Positions 48,516-62,000 of a stretch of DNA of 64,000 nt are shown one piece after another. The notes beneath the pieces are model-generated. The model was not told the origin of the DNA. It searched no databases and saw only the letters and a list, made by a program, of their open reading frames with translations. The position numbers and the translations under genes are program-made. The stretch's first letter is position 1, and every line of letters starts with the position of its first letter. The stretch comes from Macrostomum lignano (taxonomy: Eukaryota). The stretch is taken from the NCBI GenBank assembly GCA_002269645.1, contig NIVC01002634.1, positions 1 to 64,000 on the forward strand. Reading direction: 5' to 3'.

Positions 48516-51500
48516 ATGACTAAGCTCCACGCTGCCAAAGGAGCGACATTCTGTCTGCAAATAAATCTACAGCATTGCGTATCTGCGTCAGTAAATCTGA
48601 TGAAGATTGCTGAGCTGTACAGGCCAGGCCTCATCCTGATCCAGGAACCCTGGATGCGCAACGGTAAGTTGCCCAACATTCCCTCTGGCTACTCTGATTT
48701 TTATGTGTGTGGCCCGGGGAACAGCCGCCCTAGAGCGGCTATCCTCGCTGCTAGCCATCTCCAGGCTTGGCTGAGGACTGATCTCTCTGATGGAGACCTT
48801 TGCGTCATCCAATCTAATCATTTCTCTCCGCGTACGTGTCTTGTTGCCTCGGTTTATATCCCAGGCGACAGAGACCCTGCTCCCGAGAGTTTACTGCGCC
48901 TTGCGCAGTACTGCCAGTCCCAGAACGCTGAGCTGTGCTTAGGGGGCGACCTCAACGCGCACCACAAGCACTGGGGCAGCAAAGATACCAACACTAGAGG
49001 AGAGGAGCTTCTGGCCCTCATCTCTAACACAAACCTCATGCTCTGCAACCGCGGCAGCACTCCTACCTTTAATAATGGCAGATGGACCGAGGTCCTCGAC
49101 GCCACACTCGTTACCCCAAGACTCTTTGACAGAGTTGAGGAGTGGAGAGTCTGGTCTGAGGAGCCCTCCCTGTCTGACCACTGCTTTATCGCCTTTAACA
49201 TCGCGGACACTAAAACCCAGTCTCCGATCACTTGGAGGCGCAATATCCGCAACACTGATTGGGCGGCCTACAAGGCTGCCCTTGATCTGCACCTGCAGGA
49301 ACTCACGGACTTACGTCCGATTGAGACCTGCGAGGATGTGGATCATATGGCTGAGACGCTGACAGGTTGCATTATTGCAGCCTACGAAGCGGCTTGTCCT
49401 GCTCGCGCCTACAAAGGCAAGACCTCGGCGCCGTGGTGGAACCCGGAGCTGGGGAAACTCAGGCGGAAGGCCAAAAGCCTTCATCGCCGTGCCATGAAGA
49501 CCGGAAACCCGGAGGACATGGAGCTTTTCCGGCAAGCCTCCCGCAATTTCAAATCTGAAGTGCGCAAGGCCAAGGAATGTAAGTGGCGCCAATTCTGCAA
49601 TGAATTGGATCAAGACAGACCTACTTCTAGGCTTGTCAAGGCCCTTACAATGGACAAAATGTCCAAATTAGCCATGATCAAAAAAGATGATGGCTCTCTT
49701 ACTAAAGACCCTGAAGAAGTGCTTCAGCATATGCTTAGCACATTCTTCCCGAGGGTACCTACTGCTAGACCTGAGCCCAACCATTGGATGGATGGAGCCA
49801 CCCTAGCGGCGGGCATTGTCACTGAAGACCTAATCGCACGTGCGGTCAGAACCTTCAAACCCTTCAAATCTCCTGGACCTGATGGTATCTACCCTGTTCT
49901 CCTTCGTGAAGCAGCCAAGATACCCTCGTTCCTGAGACTCACCCGCAATCTTATGCGGGCCTCTATCCAGCTGGGATACGTTCCCAAATGCTGGACTGAA
50001 GCTCGAGTAGTCTTTATTCCCAAACCTGGGAAGGGTGACTACCAAAGCGTCAAGGCCTTCCGGCCTATTAGCTTAACGTCAGCAATGCTTAAGCTCACTG
50101 AGAGGCTTATTCTCTGGCGGCTGCTCTCCTGCGAGCTGACAGCGATGCCCCTCAGCAATAATCAGCACGCCTTCCGTACCGGGAGGTCGACTGACAGCGC
50201 CCTGCATGCGATTGTCGAGAAGATTGAACGGGCGGTACTGGGTGACGGTTACGCCCTGGCTCTCTTTCTTGACATTGTTGGCGCCTTCGACAACGTTATC
50301 TTTGAAGCGTTTCAGAGGGCCCTTCAAAATCGCAAAGCTCATGCTACCCTCATACGGTGGATCATGTACATGATCTCCAACCGTACGGTCACTGCCCAAC
50401 TTCTTGGGAAACTGCCTCCACCAGAGTCTGTAAGGGTGGACCCCAAGGCGGAGTCCTCACCCCGACGCTCTGGAACCTGGTCATGGACGCTCTTCTGAGT
50501 GACTCCCGACCCGACCCCGTCTTCAAAGTCGGGTATGCTGATGACGTCACGGCCATTGTGGCAGGACCGTCTCCCAGCACGCTCAGGGATCTGATGCAGA
50601 GCTTTATCCGCAAAGCAGAATCCTGGGCCAATGACAATGGTCTGGAACTCTCTGAGCCCAAAACCGTTGCCATTATGTTTACCAGCAGACTACGCTGGAA
50701 CATACGTCCTCTGCAGCTCTACGGCAGAGATATTGCCTTCGCGCACCAGACCAGATGTCTCGGGGTCACACTTGACCACCGGCTCAACTGGTCCTTCCAC
50801 GTGAAAGCAAAAGCCAAGCGTGCCTCAGCCATCCTGGCCCAGCTCCGACGAGCACTTGGCACTTCTTGGGGTCTATCCCCAAAGCGGCTTTGGTGGATCT
50901 ATACTTCCGTAGTTAGACCTGCCATTACGTACGCCTCTGTCGTCTGAGTTAGCGCTACCCAGGTCAAAAGCCATGCAGACCTGCTTAACACGATCCAAGG
51001 CAGAGCGTGTAGGCTCATCTGCAACGCCACCAGGTCCACGCCCTTTGCTGGCATGGGGGCCTTCCTTAATCTACCGCCTCTTGACCTCTTCGTCAGGGGT
51101 GAGGCGGCTAGAACGATGCGGCGTCTAATTGATGCCGGCTTCAAATTCATTTACATGAGAGCACCTGCTAAGCGGAACCTTGTCCCGCATAGCGACCTGT
51201 GCCTCAACTTTCTCAACGAGTGTCAGGCCAATCGCGTCTTCACCGATCGCATTGCCTCAACGCTCAACCTGAGACAGCGCTACTCCGTAGCTATCGACTC
51301 GCGCGATAACATCAATGACCAATGTAACCTTGGTGAGCTTCATTGCTACACCGACGGTTCTAAGCAGTCAGCCAACACCGGCTTTGGTGTTGGAATCTTT
51401 CTGAACGGGAGGTCATCGCTACCCACGCTCAATACACTGGGGTCAACTCCAGTGTTTTCCAAAATGAAGTTCTGGCCATCAGCTCCTGCACTGCAGAGCT

Positions 51501-52254
51501 TCTCGCCACTGGCGTTACTGGTAAGAACATCATTTTCCATTCGGACAGCCAAGCTGCCTTGCACGCCATCAGTGGCTGCAGCACCAACTCTGCTACAGTC
51601 CTCGACTGTATCAAACTCCTCAACGTGTTGGGTTCCACCAACAAAATTACCCTTAAGTGGGTTCCGGGGCATGTGGGGATCCGAGGAAATGAGTTGGCTG
51701 ACACCCTTGCAAAAGTTGGTGCCTCCGGCTCCTCTCTCGGCCCCGAACCCCTTGTCCCGATTCCTGGCTGTGTCATCGACTCGCGCATCAAAGCGTGGAT
51801 CAGGACCCAGCACCGCTCGACTTGGGCGAACTGCACTACCTGCAGGCAATCCAGAGGCGCTGTCCCTCAGCCCTCTCACCAGCTCCGGAAGCTCCTCTTG
51901 CGCCTCTCGCGCAGAGACATCCGGGCTGCCACCATGACCCTCTCTGGTCACGGCTGCTTCTCCAGGCACCAGTACCTGCAGGGCAACGCCACCAACGCCA
52001 CCTGTAGTTTCTGCAACTCAGGTGACGAAACCGCTGAGCATTTCGTCAGCATCTGTCCCGCCTTCACGCGGGCCAGACTCACTTACCTCGGGCCACACAC
52101 ATCTATTACTGAAGCGTGCAAACCCGAAAACTTTAATCAGCTCATGCGCTACCTTCGGGCCACCCGCAGGGCTGAACTCTCCTTTCCAGAGAGCACTATA
52201 GCTGCTGGCGACACTGGGGGACCTCCCTGGGCGGCGCCAACCCTCCGTCCATAG
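48516..52254 (+). CDS. E3 ORF2 (APE-RT-RNase H-CCHC), disrupted by frameshifts (~50405, ~51410) and a TGA (50945-50947)
   Basis: LQINLQHC, GDLNAHH, SDHC, YADDV, YTDGS, WVPGHVG, CSFC..EHFVSIC. Confidence 0.9.
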
Positions 52255-52350
52255 CGACGCGTCGGCCGTTCAGGGACTAGCGGAATGGGCGCCCGCGCCT
52301 TCCCGCTGTGTCCCCTCCGGGACAGCCCTGCAGCTAAGTCAAGTAAGTCA

Positions 52351-52530
52351 AGCTGACGAGAGCGTCGGGACCGAGGCCCTGTATGATCGGGCCAAGCTGC
52401 AGCGCCCGTCTATCATCCTGCGCCGGCGGTGACTTCAACTGGCGGGTTACGTGATCCGGGCCTAGGGCTACTGCCCCAACCTGTTCAGGACGTCCTGCTG
52501 CTCACCTTGCAGGGTCCGTTCAGGTTGCTA
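52351..52530 (+). mobile_element. 3' continuation of the RTE-like LINE after E3
   Basis: ADESVGTEALYDRAKLQRPSIILRRR*LQLAG continues the RT C-terminal region interrupted at 46447. Confidence 0.7.
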
Positions 52531-54284
52531 AGGTAAAAACATTTTTTGTTTTATCGTATGCAAGTTTTTTATTAGTTTGAAAATGCAATACCCGAAGTAT
52601 TTAGAGACAAATTGATTTTTAACTAGTATTATTGGTTCATTGAGTTTAATTAAACCTATTTTTTTCATCTTAAAATTTAACTTGAACTGTCATAGATCAT
52701 CCGAGGAATTCTAAATCTAGCAACTGGAATGACAACTAAAATATCAGCTATACAAGATGAGGCCAAGATTAGAGATTGCAAGCGTGCGACGTAAACACAG
52801 AGTATTTAAAAAAAAGGATCGTATTTCAAAGTATATTTCCGAAACAATAACAAAAGCAGAGGAATGAAACGCGACACAAGAAGACGTTGAAATTATATCA
52901 ATTTCTAGATGTAACAAGTAGGCACGAGTATTTCAAGCAAGCAAAGCAAGAGTAGATGGCTTATAAACTGTATTGAGAAACTGTAACAAAGAGTAAACAA
53001 AAAGAAACGAAAACTGCAAGCAAAATTCAGAAATGTCTGGCAAGCAAAGAAAGAACACAGCAATAAAACTAAATGAATCTCACTTTTGCCAGGCCAGTTA
53101 CGCCAGTCTGGCTATACGCAAAATTGTTAGCGGGCACCACGCATCAAAATCAATCTCTCGTCAACTTCCTCTTCACTTTGTTTGCTTTGTCTCAGCTTGA
53201 TTGATCCGCTTTGTTAGCATCTTGGACATGCAATTAAAAAACCTGTTGATGATCTCGCGGACCGGATCATGGCCAGCGGTGCAGTGTGTCCTACCATGCT
53301 ACCAAATGGAAAGTCACCATGATCTGTCAGCACGAGGTCCATCACGAGATAAAATGTCTCCCTTTGATTGGAAGATGCTGATTCTTCTTAGTGGCAATCT
53401 AAGTTGATGCGGTAAACAAAATCCTGTGTCTGTGGCAGTCGCAGTAAGCCTCATCTTGTATAAAAAAGTCCTCACCGCTACTTCAGTTGTCAATCCAGTA
53501 GGATTTAGAATTCCTTGGATCATCTGTTACAGATTTCAGTATAATTGTGAAGAGAATTTGGCCAGTTCTAGGGTGTAGAATATTGAAAATATTCTAGGGT
53601 GAAAAAAATCCGCGCATGTGTCGTCTATAATACAATGGTTGAGTTAGGCCCCTAGCTAGCCCCCTACTCGATTCTTGATTCATATAATTAAGTATATAAA
53701 AATATTAGGGCACTCTCTATTACCATTAAATCTTTCATTTTTCTTCCTTTGCTCAGCCCAGTCACTGATCCAACAATTGACAATGATCTGAAAAGTGAAG
53801 CATAGTTCATGTATATAACTTTGGCCGATCGGTTTTTACCGACGTTAAACCGACGTTAAAATGTACATAGAGGGGGTGGGGTGGCTGCACACTGATGACA
53901 AATAGAATGGGGTGGCTGACAGGGAAATCCCCAAGGCCACCACAAGGCGCCTTACCAATAAAAAGCAAGGCAAACTAAGCAAGTGGCGTGATTCTGCATT
54001 GAGGACTCACTCGACACTCCTTACCTCTGTCTCTGTGCGCAACTACATGTATATACTGTTTGCATTTAAATACATTGCCGACGTAATTTTTTTCGACGCT
54101 AACTTTTCATCTTTAAATACACTGCTGATGTAAGGGATAGCGACGTTCGCCAGCCGACTTTTGCGAGACGACGTTCGCCATCAGACGTTTGCCAGCCGAC
54201 GTTTGCCAGCCGGACATTAGTGTGCGGCAATGGGTTAAAGAATTATGCCCTCTCTAGGCTTACATGTACTTGCATTTGAAAACT

Positions 54285-54570
54285 GCTAAAAAAAGCCCTG
54301 GCTGTCCTGGTCCAGATCAGGCGCGCCGTGGGCATCACCTGGGGGCTCACCCCCAGGAAGCTGTGGTGGATTTACACTGCCATAATCCGCCCCTCGATCA
54401 GTTACGCCAGCCTCGTGTGGGCCAGCGGTCTGAGCGTCAAGAGCAGCCTCGACGCTCTCTACAAAATCCAGGGCAGAGCCTGCCGCATGACTATGGGCGC
54501 TCCACCCTCTACTCCTTTTGAAGGCATGAATTCCTTCCTCTGTGCCCCTCCTCTGGATATTTACATCAAA
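54285..54570 (+). mobile_element. E2-type LOA fragment, 5' piece
   Basis: Near-identical to E2 ([12 protein letters not shown]...PPLDIYIK); the frame continues at 56559. Confidence 0.88.
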
Positions 54571-56558
54571 TGATGGGTTTCGACCTTCGGGCTCCTTGTT
54601 AGGGGAGCCGTCGGGCCTCAGGCTCAGAAATAAATCAATTAGAGACCTGGCCCCCACTCCTGTCAGATGGTCAGCCCCATGGTAGCTTGATCGTGTGGCG
54701 AGCAGTCTAGGTCCTATAGCTAAGAGAGGGACAGCGAGAGACGAGCAGGGAGAATTTTGAAAGTAGAAATTAGCTAATCCGTAGATCAACTAACTTGCTG
54801 CCACCAGCCCGTGCGCCCTGGCTCACCACACCGGGACTCTCGAAATCGGGCTTCCGACTAGAAGGGGCTTTGCACTTACCTGCCAACTAGTGTCTTTTTG
54901 CTGTCAATCTCGAAGTCATAGCCGATGATAAGGGACACTGCTGGGACTAGATCGCATTGGCCATGCAGGTACAGAGGGGACTTGTGCATGGGATTCTTGC
55001 GGGGGCGAGACTATGGGGTAGCTACATGTACTATTACATTGCTAAATACGAAGATATGTACTTTTGGCCTTCAACGCGCCAACTAGCCTCTCATAGCGCT
55101 GATGATAGACTAACTCGAACTTCAGAGACCACATGATTCATTTACCCGAGCCGCTTGGCTACCCTAGAGTGCACAAAGTACATCTCTGGCGCCGATTCTG
55201 CACTTCTGGCAGTTTTGCTCACTAATTTGATAGATTGGTCGACTGAGAACTGCCTTGCCATTGGTCCACTGTGACCGGCGCCTACTAGCTTAGCTACTCA
55301 TCTGAGCCATCGGCGAACAAAGAAATAAAACCGATAAAAATAACTGTTAGATCTAACCTTCTCCTTAGTTCACTTCACACTTCAGATTTAATTGGAGTCT
55401 TAGACTACTAGCAGTATTATTAAATGATTTCTGCCTCAGCAACAGCACTACTGAACAAAATGAGCAAAAGTGTGCGCCTAATTCAGCTACTGCAACAGGG
55501 GACAGATAAGGGATCACCCAATCAAGCAAGTCTAGGTAGCCTCTCACCCAAACAATCAGAAACTCAACAGCCGGAGACCAGGCAATCCACAGTGACCGAA
55601 TCGGCTTGATGCTTCGCAGCTGTAGACTCGGGATGATGCTGTCACGATCTTCGCTGATAGCTAGCAGGTGATGATCTTTGCTTGATGTTCGCTGCTGTCG
55701 ACCGGGGGACTCGTCCTTGATGATGATGGGGGAAGTCGCAATCCGGGGATCAAGAAACGACGGTCGTGCTCCGGGAACCAGAAGTTGCGCGCTGGGCCCG
55801 AGCCAAAGTTGAGTCCGAGCGGGCCAAAAACTCCGGTTTAAATAGCCGCCAACTGGACCGCAGTTTGTTATAATGGAACACGTCGATTCTGATTGGCTGA
55901 GCCGTTTTGTTAAAATGAGCGCCGAATTTTCTGATTGGCTAAGCTTGTTGCTACCCAGAATCACGTGACCGAGAGATCCTATCAGTTCCCACAGGGTCGT
56001 AAAAAGATGACAGGTGCGGCCATAAATCACTCAAAATCGCAACAAAATGATTTATGACTTTTCGCGTAGGATTGACAGAAATTAACGAAAAAATATACAT
56101 TAGAAAGCTCTTATTAAATAGAAAGTGAAGATAATGAAGAGAAATCGCTAATCGCTAATCCCAAGGTACTTTTAGGGGTAAAACGCATAGCTGTCAAAGC
56201 TGTCACACGCTTGAGTGAACACGAACAATAGGCTCTGACCTCATAAATCTTGATGGCCTGTCAAAATGATGAGAAAAAAAAGCTACCGCCCGCATCCTCT
56301 CAGACCATCTGGCGCCCACCTCAACACTGAGTGAGGCGCAGGTGGCTGTCAGACCAGCTTCGCAAGCGATGATTTATGACCCAAAAAGCTGCGCCTATGT
56401 TATTATGACTACTAGTATGGCCAGACATTATATCTAGTATAGATTCTATGAAAATTCGCAGAAAAAGGATAAAAATGCCCATTGCCCACTGTTAGTAGGC
56501 AAGTAAGTTCAGAGCCCATGTGCTAGCGCGGGATTTGGGAAAAAGTGCGTCCTCATCA
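54571..56558. mobile_element. ~2-kb insertion with TGATG...CATCA ends and 4-bp TSD (CAAA); candidate large solo LTR
   Basis: Splits an E2-type reading frame precisely (ATCAAA | GTAGAGACGGCG). Non-coding interior with two ATTGG/CCAAT boxes and a TATTTAAA-like motif on -. Confidence 0.6.
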
Positions 56559-57372
56559 CAAAGTAGAGACGGCGAAGAGCACTTGGCGTCTTCTGGATGC
56601 TGGGGTGGCCTTCAAGAAAGTGCGGGCCTTTAAGAAGCGGTCGCTTATCACGCACTCTGACCTCTGCCTCAAGACTCTCGAGGAGTGTGGCGGGCTCAAC
56701 ATCCTTACGGACTCGATCCCAGCCACCCTTCTCCTCCCAGCCGATCCCAGACAAAGGTATATGGTCACTATTCAGCCTCGACACGAGGCAAGTGACAGCT
56801 GGAGCGATTCTGAAGTCCACTGTTACACTGACGGCTCTATGAGGCATGGTCTTTTAGGCTTCGGAGCTTGCGTCTTCTTCAAGGGAGAAGTGGTGTGGAG
56901 CTACTCCCAGCACACTGGGCTCAACTGCAGTGTTTTTCAGAGCGAGGTGCTTGCCATCAGCTCCTGCGCGGCAGAGCTGCGCCAAAGGCAGCTTCTTTCA
57001 GGGCCAAGTACCCGAGGAGCGGTGCCCCTTCTGCCGCTCAGGCAGTGAAAACGCCGAGCACTTTATATCTGTCACTGCCCGGTTTTCACCAGGGCCAGGC
57101 TTACTCACCTCGGGCCAAACCCCGTTCCCTCCGACGTTTGCAGGCCCGAGAGCATCCCGCTGCTTGCCTGGTACCTCAGGGACACGGGACGAGCTTATTT
57201 CTTCCCCACCGCCGGTGAGAAGGACCGCGCTGCAGGCGAGACCGACGGGTCCCCTGAGCGACGTCACTTCGATGGAAGTCATTGGTCGCCAGGGGCTAGC
57301 GGAATCGCGGTCTCCTCCGCCTCCTCGCTGCATCCGCCGGATGCCCCCTGCAGCTAAATCAAGTTAAGTCAA
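56559..57372 (+). mobile_element. E2-type LOA fragment, 3' piece with internal deletion and tail
   Basis: RLLDAGVAFKKVRAF, YTDGSM, 3'UTR matching E2, tail TAAATCAAGTTAAGTCAA. Confidence 0.88.
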
Positions 57373-57374
57373 CC

Positions 57375-57650
57375 TCCCTGGCGATCAATTCACTTCTTGA
57401 AATCGGTCGCGCAGCGCCCGGATGTCGCTAGTGTACATGTATGTGTACGTGTAGAACTCAGAACTCTGCCGATTGATTCTCCAGCCACTGGTTGGCAAGG
57501 TTCCTAGAGACTTAGCTCTTCGTTAGACTCGAAATGGGGCCCACGGAGCAGCCGCTTATTTGCATGCAAAAGTTGACAGAGCAGCTTACATGTAATTATA
57601 AAGTTGGAGGGTGCCAGGTCTGGTGAATTGGCCAGGGCCGCGTCGCCATG
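57375..57650 (-). mobile_element. Degenerate mariner-type transposase C-terminal relic
   Basis: SPDLAPSNF (YSPDLAP motif), LRGPHFESNEEL and IRALRDRFQEV resemble a mariner C-terminus. Confidence 0.55.
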
Positions 57651-57879
57651 GATTTTATGGTGGGGGGACAAAGCCGGGAATTCTACATGTACATGTACAT
57701 GACTGAATTCGTACACGTACATTTTTTTTCAGAATCGGTGTTCTCATCGCTCATTTTGGCGCCGCAGGCATTTAGCAACAGTAAAAGGTATCAAAGCAAC
57801 CGGTGTAACCAAAAGTGTCCGAACTACATGTATCTACTAGCAGCATCAAAGCGTGGCATAGCTGCTGAGGCTGGACCTG

Positions 57880-59027
57880 GAGCTGCGGTCTCAGGTTCTC
57901 TGAGTCTAAAACCGTGGCTATTATGTTCACCAGTCGCCGAAACTGGAGGATCGAACCGCTCTCCCTCTATGGCAAACCCGTTGCCATGGAAAAACAAACC
58001 AGATGTCTGGGCATCACCCTCTCGACCACAGGTTGAACTGGACTCCACACGTCCAAACCAAAGCCCGCAAAGCTCTCGCGATTCTCGCGCAGATCTGCAG
58101 AGCTTTTGGCGCTACCTGGGGCCTCACACCCCGTCGCCTCTGGTGGATTTACTCTGTCATCGTGAAACCGGCCATCTCCTTCGCCGGCTTCATTTGGAAC
58201 AGTTCCCTAGAGGTGAAAGGGGTTCTCGATGCTCTTAACAGGGTGCAAGGCCGCGCTTGTCGAACTATCATGAGCACGGATCCCTCTACACCCTGTGCTG
58301 GTATGAACTCCTTCCTGGACATCCCCCTTAACCTCTTTGTCAGAGGGCAGGCAAAGAAGACCAACCCGACCCGCCGTCTGCTTGACGCGGGTGTCCCCAT
58401 CCAGAAGCAGTTCGCCTTCAAAAAGCAGAACCTCTGGCCGCACGAGACCTGGAAGCAGTAGGAAGCATGCTGACCCTCTCGGACGGAATCCCGCCCACGC
58501 TTTGCCCTCCGCTGAAATTCAAAACCAGCATTCCACCACGCCATGAGGCTAGGGACAACCGGAAACCCCGTGAAATCAACTGCTTCACTGACGGGTCCCA
58601 AATCAACTCCGCCTCTGGCTACGGCTACTGCTTCGTGTCCATTCTGGAGGGAGAACTGTTGTGGCCTTCTTCCCAGCACACCGGCACCTGCTCCACCGAT
58701 TTCCAGAACGAAGTTCTCGCCATCAGCTCCTGCGCCATCAGCGCGTCTGGGGGAAGGAGATGATCTTCCACTCGGTCAAGCGGCGATCCACGCCCTTGAG
58801 CGCACACCATCACCTGCTCTCGTACAGTCCTCGACTGCATCAGGCAGCTCAACCGCTTAGTCGCATCTAACAAGGTGTCCCTATCCCCGGGCACTCGGGC
58901 CACCCTGGCAACGAGCTGGCCCATCGCCTGACCAAGGCTGGCTCGACAGGTTCCTTTACTGGTCCCCTTGCCCGTGGCCCCCTCCCCCAGATGCACGGAG
59001 CCCCCTGCAGCTAAGTCTAAGTAAAAA
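57880..59027 (+). mobile_element. Degenerate E1-type LOA 3' fragment
   Basis: Aligns with E1 26585-28310 with indels and a large deletion; ends CCCCTGCAGCTAAGTCTAAG. Confidence 0.88.
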
Positions 59028-62000
59028 ATTCCCTCTAAGATGTACATGTTACACCACGGGAGAGCTCTAATCGGACTCATCTTCACTTCCCCATCCCCAT
59101 GCCGCTTCGAATCCATCTTGGAGGAAAGACATTAATCTAGGAGGAAAATTCTCTTTTAGAAATTTATTTATGCATGCGAATAACAGTGAAAAAGTTGGAC
59201 TAAAAACGGTTTTTGACGCTGAGACATGCGTCGAGAATGATTGATAAAAGTTTCAGAGCAATTGATTGAAGCATTGAGACGCAGCGATAAATCAAACTTT
59301 TTGTTGATCAACGATCTTCAACCAAGATCAACCAAAACTTTGATTTATCGCTGCGTCTCTATGCTTCAATCATTTGCTCTGAAACTTTTATCAATTCTTG
59401 ACGCTGTCTCAGCTTTGCAATGACATCTTAGACACATGGTTGCCTTTTGTATTTTTCGAGATATTCGCTTCCAAAATGTGTTTGTAAGGGGTGCCAAATG
59501 AATTCGTCTTTCGACATAATTTGCATTCGTGCCGATGTTTTTTCCTTTGGGACAGAAAATTTCTGCTCACAAATTTTTAAACCTGAATATGGCGTCAGAA
59601 TAAGGAATATATCCCGAAACATGAATTCATTTTTTGTTTGAACTATCTGTTCGAAGGAAAAAATATCTGTCGGGAGAATATTGAGGCTTTTCATATTACC
59701 AATTCCAGAAACAGAACCGGTTCGGATCTTCCAAGAAAAACAGCAGTATAACTATTTAATTCTGTTGAATGTTTGACTGCCTTAACAGCCTCACTTTGCA
59801 CGATTTTTCACTTTCTTCTTGGCGATTATCATTCAATAATAAAAACTTTATAGCACGTATCTCCCTCGACCCTCTAGTTATGGAGACAAAAAGTTATACT
59901 TCACAAATTGCTTCTGGTTCTGGAACCAGAACAAGCAATATGAAAAGGCCCTATCTGTCGGGGAGAAGAACCCACACATAGGGGCCTATCACAGCCTTAG
60001 CAACTTTAGGCCTACTGGCGATCCTGAAGATTCCCGCGTTTAATTATTTTACGGAATTATTTCGCCCTCTATTCAAGGGTGGTGGGGGGTGGGGGTTATA
60101 ATTAAACGCGGGAAAGTTAATGATCGCCGGCCTACTTTTTTATTTTTTTTTGATATTTTTTGTTTTTATTTTTGTATAATGTAACAAAGAGAATATTATT
60201 TTTTGAAATAAAAAACTATGTAAAATTATATTATTTTGCTAATTTTTATGCTAGATTCATAGATGGTTGACAGTTTGACCTTTTCTCCCCTTGGCCTCTC
60301 AGTCCATTGTACTAGGCCTAGGTCTAAGCCTAGTATAAGTCCTAGAGAAAGAATAACACATTTTATATAAACCATGCAAAGTTAATGTTCTTGGTGTTAT
60401 TCTGTAGATTTCTCTTTTTTTATATTCTAAAGGCCTATTGGGAGAATAGAATTTTTTTTACCAATTTAGGCCTAATTTCATTGATAGGCCTATATAATAT
60501 AGTATACTAAATAAAATATCTTGAAAATTCTGTATAATTATAAATTTTATCTTAAATATTTCTATTTATATAGCATTAGCCGTAGGTGTTACAATTTCTA
60601 TGTTTCTGTTATAGGGCTACTTTTCTAATTCCTATTATTGAATGTCCTAAAGCTGCCACCAAAGTTGTCCTAGGGTTATTTCTTCTTATTAATCTTACTG
60701 GTTATTACTTGCCTTTTACTAGTAGCACATGTACCGATGTATATCTATTGGTAGTGTATCTGTGTATGTACTTTTATTGGTAGCATCTGTACTTCTATTG
60801 GTAGTGTATGTACTTCTACTAGTAGCATGTGTACTTCTATTGTACTTTCTGGCCTGAGCAGTCTTTTAGGCACTGTCTATCCTATTCCTATACCCTTCTA
60901 AAGATATTATTCTCTCAGTCCTGGGCATTCCTGGGATCAGAGGGTCACAGCTTACTTGCTGGGTATTCTGCCCTGAGGCGGGTTTCTTAGACTCTGAGTC
61001 TGGACTTCTCTACCTTGTGGTAGAATTTCTGCTTTCTAAAGGCGAATTCTCAGATTCTAGATCTGGATTTCTTGTTCTTCTAAGAACGGTTTGAACTCTC
61101 CAATTTTGGGGCTTCTTAATGCTTTTACCTAAATAACTAAATCAATAAGTATTGAATAAGGCTTCAATTTCAAGATACTAGAACAATTTCAAGCTTGAAG
61201 CAAGAAGACTGACAAGGTAAACTGAAACAAAAATGAAGACGAAAATGATTCATTTTTCTTGGCATCCAGCAGGCTCCCTTTTATAGTAAAGTTTTGTGAT
61301 ACAGTTTATAACAAATGATAATATTCAAAATATACAGAATATTTTGCTTATGGAAAATGTTTATAATTTTTGTACAGTATAACAATAGTAGTACTTTCAA
61401 AATGCACAATTCCTAGAAACTAATGGCATAAAAATGAGGCCTATTACATTTTTTATAACTCATTAAGATAGCCTATCTTAATTCTTATCTTTCTTTCAAT
61501 TCAGAGAGATAAATAGGCCTATTTATTCTCAATATAAATGAAAAGAGCTATTTAATTCCCATGGCCATGGTTTAAGATTCTAGGTCTATACTTATATAGT
61601 ATAAATAATAAATACTAGGCCTATGTTCTAAATCATATAGTGTGTATATGCCAAAAAAATTGGGCATGCATTGGCCTTGCATGCTAAAAGTAGGCTAAGC
61701 ATACACAGTTGGTATGCATCACTCAAAAGAAAATAGTATGCATGCATACCTGGTGTGCACTTTATAGAATCACGTAGAAGAGTTAGTGTTAAGTAGAAAA
61801 AAGATGCAAAAAGTTTCTTTTTAAGTTCAATTTCAAGCTTTCAAGCTTTTAAGCTTATATTAAAGTATTTAAACAAATCTTTGCATGTATCAATTTTCTA
61901 CTATAAATAGTATCCTTGAAAAACTATAAAAATCAACCAAATTATCTGCCAAAAAGGTTTTTATACAATTCAAAAACTTATTTAGTGTCACAACACTGAC

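Larger units (their letters stand above)
46448..52350 (+). mobile_element. Full-length LOA-like LINE (E3) nested in the RTE-like element
   Basis: 12-bp TSD AGCTGACGAGAG (46436-46447 / 52351-52362). ORF1, ORF2 (APE-RT-RNase H-CCHC), TAAGTCAAGTAAGTCA tail. Confidence 0.93.
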
